Assembly: GCA_030605835.1 (NCBI GenBank)
Contig: JAUWHO010000023.1
Span: forward strand, 201,834-265,833
Length of the DNA: 64,000 bases
Source of the DNA: Candidatus Zixiibacteriota bacterium
GTDB taxonomy: Bacteria > Zixibacteria > MSB-5A5 > DG-27
Direction of reading: 5' to 3'
Below the pieces are notes generated by a model, which made no database searches, was not told where the DNA came from, and was given only the letters and a program-made list of their open reading frames with translations. How positions within the stretch are numbered: position 1 is the first letter of the stretch; the number at the start of each line of letters is the position of its first letter. A program made the translations under genes and the position numbers. Positions 41,300 to 49,687 of this stretch are shown here, one piece after another.

Positions 41300-41929
41300 G
41301 TGTTGAAGGTCGACAGGGAGAACCCCTCAAACCAGATTCTGGAGAGAGTCTCTTCTGTGGTCAAGTCTGGTGGGGTTGTGGTCCTGCCCACCGAGACCGT
41401 CTACGGTCTGGTGGGCGATGTTTCAAGTGCACCGGTTCTGGAGAGAATCTTTGAGCTCAAGAGGAGAGGCGCGGATAAGCCGATCTCGATTTTCGTCAAT
41501 CGGGAAGTCTTAATAAAGCTCTTTCCGAAAGGGTTGCCGCAGGTCTCCCGCAAGTTGGCGGATAGGTTCTGGCCGGGACCTCTGACTCTGATAATTCCCT
41601 ATGAAGGAAGAGACTTTCAGCACCTGACGTCTGGAAGTAGAAAGATCGGCTTGAGGTTTTCAGCCTCCAGGTTGATACAGGGAGTTCTTGAAAAAGTGAA
41701 AACACCTCTTTCGGCAACCAGCGCCAACCTCTCCGGGGAGAAGAGACCTTACCCCTTTGAGAAAATTCTACAAACCTTCAGCTCCCGGGTCGATTTAATC
41801 GTAAAAGCTGAAGAGAGACAGAGAGAGAAAGCCTCCACGGTGCTGGAGGTTGAGGCCGAGGGGGTGCGAATCATTAGAGAGGGGGCGGTGCCGACAAAAG
41901 AGATAACAGACTTTCTGCTCGAAGGGTAA
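41300..41929 (+). CDS. tsaC: Threonylcarbamoyl-AMP synthase (TsaC/Sua5, single domain)
   Basis: PTETVYGL, KRR..KP, FWPGPLT, TSANLSG, STV. Confidence 0.9.
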   Translation: MLKVDRENPSNQILERVSSVVKSGGVVVLPTETVYGLVGDVSSAPVLERIFELKRRGADKPISIFVNREVLIKLFPKGLPQVSRKLADRFWPGPLTLIIPYEGRDFQHLTSGSRKIGLRFSASRLIQGVLEKVKTPLSATSANLSGEKRPYPFEKILQTFSSRVDLIVKAEERQREKASTVLEVEAEGVRIIREGAVPTKEITDFLLEG

Positions 41930-41950
41930 ACGGCATCTGAAAAAGCCCCC

Positions 41951-42460
41951 ATGGAAAAAAAAGGAGGGAAATTCAAGGTTCTTTTCGTGTGCACCGGAAA
42001 CACCTGCAGAAGTCCGATGGCCGCTGGCTTGATGAATAAGCTCCTCTCGGAGGCTGACTTCGACGGAATCGAGGTCGGCTCTGCTGGCACCGGCGCCTTG
42101 AACGGTTGGCCGGCGGCTCCCCATGCCCTGGAGGTCACCAAGAACTGGGGAATCGACATCTCTGCCCACCGCTCACGAACACTCGATGAGGGGACTGTGG
42201 AGGCGGCGAACTTAATCCTCTGTATGGCTCTGGAGCACCATCGCGCCGCCAGACAGCTTTCGGCGAGCTCTGAAAGGAAGAGCTACCTTTTGGCCTCCTA
42301 TCCCCAAAGGCCGGAGGAAACCCCCCTGGCCAGGATCGAAGACCCCATGGGCGGCGATCTGGAGGTCTACGAGAAGGCCTTTATGAGGATAGACGAACAT
42401 CTGCGAAGGATCTTCGGCGACCTCTTAGAAAGGGCCCGAGCGCCCGAAGAAGGCCGATAG
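41951..42460 (+). CDS. Low-molecular-weight protein phosphatase, YwlE (arginine phosphatase)-like
   Basis: VCTGNTCRSPMA P-loop, IEDP; next to tsaC. Confidence 0.85.
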   Translation: MEKKGGKFKVLFVCTGNTCRSPMAAGLMNKLLSEADFDGIEVGSAGTGALNGWPAAPHALEVTKNWGIDISAHRSRTLDEGTVEAANLILCMALEHHRAARQLSASSERKSYLLASYPQRPEETPLARIEDPMGGDLEVYEKAFMRIDEHLRRIFGDLLERARAPEEGR

Positions 42461-42461
42461 T

Positions 42462-43370
42462 ATGCGCTTCAGTCCCCCCAGAGGTTTAAAAGGCTTCCTG
42501 GCGATTGTGATCGGCTTTGCAATCAGTTATCCCTTCACCGCTGGTGGGGAGGAGGACCTCACCAAGGATTTCGAAAGCGATCTCACCTTAGAGCAGGCCA
42601 AAGCGGAGATGGACACCTTCCCCGGTGAGGTCATCGATACCTCTAAATATAATCAGATTTGGTCCTCAGACGAGTGGTACCGAAGGGAGATCGAGAACGG
42701 AGCCTTCGGGGTGGGGGAGCGCCTGGAGTTCGACATAAAATACGGTTTTATTCATGCCGGTCATGCCGTCCTGCAGGTGAGAAAGATCGTCGATTGCGGA
42801 GGCCATCCCACCTATCACATCGTCTCCACCGCTCGCACCAACAAGTTTTTCTCCTTCTTCTTCAAGGTCGATGACCGCGTCGAATCGTTCGTGGACATAA
42901 GGGGGATTTTTTCTCATCGTTTCGAGAAGCATCTCCGGGAGGGAAGTTTCAAAGCAGACCGGGTCACCAACTTCGACGCCATCAATCACCTCGCCATTAC
43001 CGGGAAGGATTCAATCCCGACCTATCCTTTTGTCCAGGACATGCTCTCCGCCTTCTATTACGCTCGAACTCAGAAGATCCAGGCGGGGGTACCGCTCTAC
43101 ATCGATAACCACACCGACAGGAAAAACTACCCCATCGAGGTGAAGGTTCATCGAAAGGAGAGGGTGAGGGTGAAGGCCGGGAGCTTCGATTGCCTCTTGT
43201 TGGAGCCGGTGTTGAGCAGCAGCACCATCTTCGAGAACAAGGGCAAGCTTTTCATCTGGGTTACCGACGATGAGTACAAGATGCCGGTGAAGATGAAGAG
43301 TAAGGTGGTCATCGGCTCTTTCACCGCGGAGTTGAAAAAATACACTCTGGGAAAGATCCCGAAAGGTTAG
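42462..43370 (+). CDS. Exported DUF3108-family protein
   Basis: GERLEFDIKYG, QDMLSAFYYAR, VKAGSFDC, WVTDD..KMPV. Confidence 0.7.
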   Translation: MRFSPPRGLKGFLAIVIGFAISYPFTAGGEEDLTKDFESDLTLEQAKAEMDTFPGEVIDTSKYNQIWSSDEWYRREIENGAFGVGERLEFDIKYGFIHAGHAVLQVRKIVDCGGHPTYHIVSTARTNKFFSFFFKVDDRVESFVDIRGIFSHRFEKHLREGSFKADRVTNFDAINHLAITGKDSIPTYPFVQDMLSAFYYARTQKIQAGVPLYIDNHTDRKNYPIEVKVHRKERVRVKAGSFDCLLLEPVLSSSTIFENKGKLFIWVTDDEYKMPVKMKSKVVIGSFTAELKKYTLGKIPKG

Positions 43371-43372
43371 CT

Positions 43373-44347
43373 ATGTCTCCACGACCGCCGGCGGATTTGA
43401 GCAAGGTCAAGAGGCTCTCCATTAAGTCTCGTCCTCGCAAGGTGAAACTCTCCGACTTCGCAAAGCCTCTGGGGAAGAAGGCGAGTTCCGCCGATTTCCT
43501 CCGAAGTCTCCCCGATAGCCTCAAAGCTGCGGATTTCCGCAGACTGATTGATCTGATCATCGAAGCTAAAAGGAAAGGCAAGCCGGTGATCCTCCTCATG
43601 GGGGCACACGTAATCAAGGTTGGGGTCTCTCCCCTGATTATCGAGCTTGTGAAGGAGGGGGTCATCACCCACCTAGCCTTGAATGGTGGCGGCATCATCC
43701 ACGATGTGGAGCTGGCTTTCTGGGGGATAACCTCCGAGGAGGTCGCCGAAAACATCGCCGACGGCAGCTTCGGCATGACCCGGGAGACGGCCGATTTCTT
43801 AAACCAATTAGCACAGGAAACTGCCGGGGAAGAGCTGGGCTTAGGCGAGCTGGTTTGCCGCAAGCTAACGAACGCCTCCCCAACCAATAAAAGCTTCAGT
43901 CTCCTTTATGGTTGCCACCAGAAAGCTGTCCCCGTCACCGTCCACGTCGCCATCGGGACCGATACTATCTGCCAGCACCCCAACTTCGACGGTGCCTTCT
44001 GGGGAGAGAAAAGCTACCTGGATTTCAGAATCCTCATTGAGAGTCTGAAAGACCTCGGCAACGGTGGCGTAGTCTTAAACCTCGGCTCCGCGGTGGTCCT
44101 GCCGGAGGTTTTCCTGAAGGCCTTGACGGTGGCTCGAAACCTATACGGGAACATAACCGGTTTTGCCGCTGCGAACTTCGACATGATTCAACACTACCGT
44201 CCCAACGAGAATGTCGTCAGACGACCCACCATGACGGGCGGCGAAGGTTTCTCCTTCACCGGTCACCACGAGATAATGATTCCCCTCTTAGCCTGGGGGA
44301 TCTTGGGAGGGCTGAGGGAACACACCTCTCCATCTGAAAAGGTCTAA
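43373..44347 (+). CDS. Deoxyhypusine-synthase-like protein of unknown function
   Basis: MGAHVIK, HVAIGTD, GSAVVLPEVFLKA, GHHEIMIPLL. Confidence 0.55.
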   Translation: MSPRPPADLSKVKRLSIKSRPRKVKLSDFAKPLGKKASSADFLRSLPDSLKAADFRRLIDLIIEAKRKGKPVILLMGAHVIKVGVSPLIIELVKEGVITHLALNGGGIIHDVELAFWGITSEEVAENIADGSFGMTRETADFLNQLAQETAGEELGLGELVCRKLTNASPTNKSFSLLYGCHQKAVPVTVHVAIGTDTICQHPNFDGAFWGEKSYLDFRILIESLKDLGNGGVVLNLGSAVVLPEVFLKALTVARNLYGNITGFAAANFDMIQHYRPNENVVRRPTMTGGEGFSFTGHHEIMIPLLAWGILGGLREHTSPSEKV

Positions 44348-44485
44348 ACCTGAAGCGGGGCAGGTCTGTTTCGGTCTCAATACCCCAATGACTATAATTT
44401 TTACATTGCCTTTGGGTCAACAGTTTTTTAAATTGAGTTTTTAAGGCCAGAAAAAGATGGCGCAGAACAATAAAAGAGGTAGGAT

Positions 44486-46012
44486 ATGGCTCAGATAATT
44501 GAATGTGTCCCCAACTTCTCCGAGGGAAGACGACCCGAGGTGATCGACGCTATAATAAGAGAGATTCAATCGATCCCCGATGTCAGGGTCCTGGACCGGG
44601 AGATGGACAAAGATCACAACCGGGCGGTGGTCACCTTTATCGGTCCGCCTCAGAACGTCAAGGAGGCTGCTTTCCGGGGGATCTGCAAGGCCACGGAGCT
44701 CATCGACATGGAAAACCATACCGGCGAGCATCCCCGGCTTGGAGCAACTGATGTGATCCCCTTTGTTCCGGTATCGGGGGTGACTCTACAGGATTGCAAG
44801 GTCTTGGCTCAGGAGTTGGGAGCGGAGGTGGGCGAGAAGCTGCAAATACCGGTCTATCTGTATGAGGCCGCCGCCAAAAGGCCCGATCGGGAGAACTTGG
44901 CCGACGTCAGAAGGGGAGAGTACGAGGGGTTCAAGGCAACCATCGAGACTGACCCCGACCGCGTCCCCGATTTCGGTCCCCGCCGGATGCACCCCACCGC
45001 GGGAGCGATCATAATCGGCGCCAGACCCTTTCTCATCGCCTTCAACGTCTATCTGGGCACCGACAACGTGGGGGTCGCCAAGAGGATAGCCAAGGCGATC
45101 CGTTTCCGCTCCGGGGGATTGAGGTATCTCAAAGCCCTGGGATTCGAGATTCGAGACCGCGGTCTGGTACAGGTCTCCATGAACCTCACCAACTTCAACT
45201 TGACCCCGGTTCACCGCGTCTTCGAGATGATAAAATCGGAAGCTGAGCGGTGGGGGGTGCCGATAATCTCCAGCGAGATCGTGGGGCTCACTCCCCTCAA
45301 AGCGATGATCGATGTCGCCGATTTCTACCTCAAATTCGAGAACTTCAGCGCCGACCAGATCCTCGAGAATAAGCTTCTGGGAACCACCTCCCCTCGGGAG
45401 AAAAGCATGGAGGACTTCATCACCGAGGTGGGCTCCTCCTCTCCGGCTCCCGGAGGCGGCAGCGTTGCCGCCCTGGCGGCGACCCTCTCTTGTGCTTTGG
45501 CCTCGATGGTCTGCCGCCTGACCGTGGGCAAGAAGAAGTTCGCGGAGGTGAGTGAGGAGCTGGGGAAGGTGCTCTTGGAGTCTGAGAGGCTGCGAGAGAG
45601 AGCCGGGCAACTCATCGTGGAGGACACCGAAAGCTTCAACAATGTCATGCGGGCGATGAAGCTGCCGAAAGACTCCGAGCTGGAAAAGGAGAAACGCCGC
45701 CAGGCGGTCCAGGAGGCCACCAAGGGTGCCACCATGGTTCCCCTGGAGGTGATGGAGCTCTCCCGGGAGGCTTTAGAATCGCTTAAAGTCATCGCCGAGA
45801 AGGGAAACCCAAATTCGATCTCCGACGCCGGGGTGGCCGCGGCCATGGCCCATACTGCCTGTTTCGGTGCCTCCTTGAATGTTCGCATCAATTTGGGAGG
45901 GATCGACGATCCCGATTTCAAAGATGAAAGGGAATCTCGGATGAGAGCCATAGTGGAGGAGGTCAATAACCTCTACGAGGAAACCATCGCGATAGTTGAA
46001 TCGAAACTATGA
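44486..46012 (+). CDS. ftcD: Bifunctional glutamate formimidoyltransferase-cyclodeaminase
   Basis: ECVPNFSEGR, DHNR, HPRLGATD, QVSMNL; PAPGGGS, SDAGVA, NVRINL. Confidence 0.93.
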   Translation: MAQIIECVPNFSEGRRPEVIDAIIREIQSIPDVRVLDREMDKDHNRAVVTFIGPPQNVKEAAFRGICKATELIDMENHTGEHPRLGATDVIPFVPVSGVTLQDCKVLAQELGAEVGEKLQIPVYLYEAAAKRPDRENLADVRRGEYEGFKATIETDPDRVPDFGPRRMHPTAGAIIIGARPFLIAFNVYLGTDNVGVAKRIAKAIRFRSGGLRYLKALGFEIRDRGLVQVSMNLTNFNLTPVHRVFEMIKSEAERWGVPIISSEIVGLTPLKAMIDVADFYLKFENFSADQILENKLLGTTSPREKSMEDFITEVGSSSPAPGGGSVAALAATLSCALASMVCRLTVGKKKFAEVSEELGKVLLESERLRERAGQLIVEDTESFNNVMRAMKLPKDSELEKEKRRQAVQEATKGATMVPLEVMELSREALESLKVIAEKGNPNSISDAGVAAAMAHTACFGASLNVRINLGGIDDPDFKDERESRMRAIVEEVNNLYEETIAIVESKL

Positions 46013-46878
46013 AGGGTCCCGACCGCTTTGTTGACCTCCACCTGCATACCAACGCCTCCGACGGTCTGACCTCCCCGGAGGAGGTGGTTCGGCTCGCCCA
46101 GGAGAAGAATCTAGCCGCCATCGCCATCACTGACCACGACTCCCTGGAGGGTTTTAAGGAGGCCCTACCCATCGCGGAGGAGACCGGAATTGAGATAATT
46201 CCCGGGGTGGAGCTCTCCTGCTTCCATCAAGGAGAAGACCTTCATATTCTAGGTTACCTCGTTGACTACGAAAATCCCGAATTCAACCGTGAGATTGCGC
46301 ACCTCCAGGTGGAGAGGTTCGAAAGGGGCAAGCGGATGGTGCAGAAGCTAAACGAGTTGGGCATAAACCTCTCCATGGACGCTGTGGTCAACTTCGCCGG
46401 GGAGGGCTCCCTCGGGCGTCCCCACATTGCGGAGGCTTTGGTCCAGCAGGAATACGTCCCCACGTACCGGGAGGCCTTCACTCGTTACATAGGTTATCAT
46501 GCCCCCGCCTATGTCCCCAAGAAATTCATGAATCCCGAGGAGGGGATCAACCTGATTCACTCAAACGGAGGCGTGGCAATCTTAGCTCACCCGGGGACAA
46601 ACCACCGCGATGACCTCATCCCGGATTTGGTCGGCGTGGGGCTTGACGGCTTGGAGGCTTACCATCACTCTTACGCTCACCACACCACCGTCAAGTATAT
46701 AAATGTGGCGAAAAAGTTCGAGTTAATCTACACCGGGGGCTCCGATTGTCACGGAGGCCGGGGGGGTCGGCTCCTCATCGGCTGCAATAAGGTCCCGTAT
46801 GTCTGCCTGGAGAATCTGAGGAGGGTAAAAGAAGAGATGCAATCAAAACAGCTCCGCGGAGAAGCAGACAAGCGATAA
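46009..46878 (+). CDS. PHP-family phosphoesterase (TrpH/YciV-like)
   Basis: DLHLHT.ASDG, TDHD, GRPH, AHP, GGSDCHG. Confidence 0.88.
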   Translation: MKGPDRFVDLHLHTNASDGLTSPEEVVRLAQEKNLAAIAITDHDSLEGFKEALPIAEETGIEIIPGVELSCFHQGEDLHILGYLVDYENPEFNREIAHLQVERFERGKRMVQKLNELGINLSMDAVVNFAGEGSLGRPHIAEALVQQEYVPTYREAFTRYIGYHAPAYVPKKFMNPEEGINLIHSNGGVAILAHPGTNHRDDLIPDLVGVGLDGLEAYHHSYAHHTTVKYINVAKKFELIYTGGSDCHGGRGGRLLIGCNKVPYVCLENLRRVKEEMQSKQLRGEADKR

Positions 46879-46924
46879 TCTCTTTGCAGAGGCTTTTTCG
46901 TCTTAGGATCCGAAAGGGAAAAAG

Positions 46925-49054
46925 ATGTCCAATAGACTTAAACTCTCAATATTAATCGCCCTATTTGTCCTGTTGGGCTACCAGAACAACTTGCTCGCTG
47001 AAAAACTAAGTCTAGACCATCCCCTGGTGGCCCAGGCTTTGGCCTTCAAAGACCCAGAGCATCCCCAAGCCGCCAGGTGGGAGGAGTTGCCGCTGCCGAT
47101 TAAATGTGGAACTCCGGCGATGATCTTCGTCTCCTTGCAGCGCCAGGAACTTCCGGAGGAGGTAAGAGAGATTCTGCAAGCACGTCCGGCGCTATCCTTG
47201 AGTTTCGACACCCCCGGCGGGCATTTCAAGGTTCACTACGACACTTCCGGCATACACGAGGTCTACGGTGCGGGAATTGACGTTAATCCTGCCGACGGTC
47301 ATCCCGACTACGTCAATCGGACTGGAGAGTACTTGGACTACGCCTGGTCGTATGAGGTCGACACCATCGGCTTGGCCCCTCCGCCCACCGACGAGTGGTA
47401 TCCCACCGGCGGCGACAGCCGCTACGACGTTTATCTGGTGGCCAGCTTGGGCAACGCCTTCGGATTGACGCAACCGGACAGTTTTCAGGCCGGTAATCCC
47501 CAGTCCTACACCAGTTGGATTGAACTGCGCACAGAGTATATCGGCTTCGGTTATCCCGACCAATATGATCCCCTGAAAGTAACCGTTGCCCACGAGTTCT
47601 TTCACACCATCCATCTGGGTTACGATGCCTACGAGCCCTTCCTCCCGGATATGAGCGATTACAATGTCTGGTGGCTGGAGGCCACCGCAGTCTGGATGGA
47701 GGATGTGGTCTTCGACGAGGTGAACGACTATATCAACTATCTCCCTTACTTCTTCCGCTATCCCTGGCTGTCGCTCACCGCTCACGACCCCACCTGGCAG
47801 GACTGGGTGAGGGTGTATCATATGTATGCCTCCTGTGTCTGGCCGATATATCTGTCCGAGAGATTCGGCACCGCTGGCGTCAACACTGCCATCATAAAAG
47901 AGATCTGGGAGGGGTGCGCCGAGGTTATGTATGACAATATCATCCCCACTACTCAGGAGGTTTTGGGGGAGTATTATAGTGACTTGAATTCCTCATTCGG
48001 AGAGTTCACCATCTGGAACTACTTCAGTGGAAGTCTTAATGAGAGCGGCTACTACTCCGAGGGGACTTACTTCCCTGATCTGAACGACACCATGATGGTC
48101 TATAATAACTATCCGGTGACCGTCACGTCTCCAACCCAGCCTCCCGAGTACTTAGGGGCCAATTACGTCAAGTTCGTCCCCTTCGATTCCACCGGAGGAT
48201 TAAGGGTGAATTTCAGCGGAGCCTACATCCCCTGGAAGGTGAATATGATAGGTTATACCGTGGAAGGTCAGGGTGGCAACCACCGGATAAGGGAGATGGA
48301 CTTAGATGACTTCTGGGAGGGGACGCGGACCTTTAATGACTGGAATAAATACAGCGAAATTATTCTTATTCCAGCGGTCGTAGGCACCACTTTCCACTCC
48401 GGCACGTTCAACTACTCCTTCTCTGCTGTGTTCGACACCCTCCTCACTGGCCCTGAAGCGGTTCAGATTGCAAAGAATCGACCGCTACGAGACGGAAATC
48501 TCGGTGAAAGCTATTTGGATACTCTGATAGCCCTGGATGGTGTATTGCCCTACACCTGGACGATCGAGGAGGGAACTCTTCCCGCGGGGTTGGGTCTTTC
48601 AGCATCCAGTGGAATCATCCAGGGTGTCCCCACCGCCGGTGGTGACTATTCAATCAAAGTGCGGGTTACGGATAGTAGCACTCCGGCTTACACCGATACA
48701 GCGCGCTTCAGCATCTTCGTCAGTCAGCTGCCGACCCAGGATTGGGTGGGCCAGAGCTTTCCCAATCCCTTCGTAATAGGTGGGACATCCGATAATACCT
48801 GTTTCCCATTCGACCTCACCGATGATGGCAGCGTGCTCATAAGGATTCACACTGTCGCTGGAGAGTTCATCAGGGAAATATTTGTAGAGGGCTTGCCCGC
48901 TGAGAGCTACCGCAGTCGAAATAGATTAGAGCAAATCGGCGCCTGCTGGGACGGCACCAACGATCGGGGGGAGCCGGTCGCCAGTGGCGTCTATCTTTAC
49001 TATATCAAAGCCGCCGGAGTGACCAAGCTCAAGAAGCTGGCTCTTATTCGATGA
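46925..49054 (+). CDS. Secreted zinc metalloprotease (MXAN_6640-like) with Ig domain and FlgD-like sorting domain
   Basis: VAHEFFH, WWLEATA; LPAGL Ig repeat; FPNPF...WDGTND..VASGVY. Confidence 0.8.
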   Translation: MSNRLKLSILIALFVLLGYQNNLLAEKLSLDHPLVAQALAFKDPEHPQAARWEELPLPIKCGTPAMIFVSLQRQELPEEVREILQARPALSLSFDTPGGHFKVHYDTSGIHEVYGAGIDVNPADGHPDYVNRTGEYLDYAWSYEVDTIGLAPPPTDEWYPTGGDSRYDVYLVASLGNAFGLTQPDSFQAGNPQSYTSWIELRTEYIGFGYPDQYDPLKVTVAHEFFHTIHLGYDAYEPFLPDMSDYNVWWLEATAVWMEDVVFDEVNDYINYLPYFFRYPWLSLTAHDPTWQDWVRVYHMYASCVWPIYLSERFGTAGVNTAIIKEIWEGCAEVMYDNIIPTTQEVLGEYYSDLNSSFGEFTIWNYFSGSLNESGYYSEGTYFPDLNDTMMVYNNYPVTVTSPTQPPEYLGANYVKFVPFDSTGGLRVNFSGAYIPWKVNMIGYTVEGQGGNHRIREMDLDDFWEGTRTFNDWNKYSEIILIPAVVGTTFHSGTFNYSFSAVFDTLLTGPEAVQIAKNRPLRDGNLGESYLDTLIALDGVLPYTWTIEEGTLPAGLGLSASSGIIQGVPTAGGDYSIKVRVTDSSTPAYTDTARFSIFVSQLPTQDWVGQSFPNPFVIGGTSDNTCFPFDLTDDGSVLIRIHTVAGEFIREIFVEGLPAESYRSRNRLEQIGACWDGTNDRGEPVASGVYLYYIKAAGVTKLKKLALIR

Positions 49055-49608
49055 AGCTGACCACCAGAAAGTTGGTCTTGATGGCGCTTTTCGTGGCGGT
49101 GGCAGTTTCGCTCAATTACCTCCTAATCTACATTCCCAACGTAAAGCTTTTCAACTTCGTGATTTTCACCTCCGGCTACCTTCTGGGAGTCTGGGAGGGA
49201 GCCATCGTTGGAACGATGGCGATGTTCATTTACACCACCTTCAATCCTTACAATCTGGGGATGTTCCCCCCGCTACCATTAGTCGCCGCCCAGGTTTTCT
49301 CCATGGCCACAATGGGCGTCGTCGGGGGCTTGGTGTTCAAGTTCCGCCTGTTGAATTTCAGCAAATTTTCTGCATACCTCTTGATGGCCTCGCTGGCAAT
49401 TGTTTTCACTTTATTCTACGACCTTTTGACCACGCTCAGCTCTGCATTTCTCTTCGGGAAGCTTCTGCCGACCCTAATTGCGGGAATCCCCTTTACCCTT
49501 GTGAGTTTAATCTCTAATACCATAGTCTTCATGGTCTTGACCCCGCTTCTGCCAAAATTACAGCATATGTTGGCAAGCAGTGATCAGCTAATAGTGAATG
49601 GTGAATAG
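49051..49608 (+). CDS. ECF transporter S-component, CbrT (cobalamin)-like
   Basis: Six TM helices; ALFVA (AxxxA) in helix 1; IPNVK loop. Confidence 0.7.
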   Translation: MKLTTRKLVLMALFVAVAVSLNYLLIYIPNVKLFNFVIFTSGYLLGVWEGAIVGTMAMFIYTTFNPYNLGMFPPLPLVAAQVFSMATMGVVGGLVFKFRLLNFSKFSAYLLMASLAIVFTLFYDLLTTLSSAFLFGKLLPTLIAGIPFTLVSLISNTIVFMVLTPLLPKLQHMLASSDQLIVNGE

Positions 49609-49687
49609 TAAATGGTTACCCGCAATCGGTAAATTGAATTGCACTCCGGCACAAGGTTTCGCGACCGGTTCTCAAGACCACCCCAAA

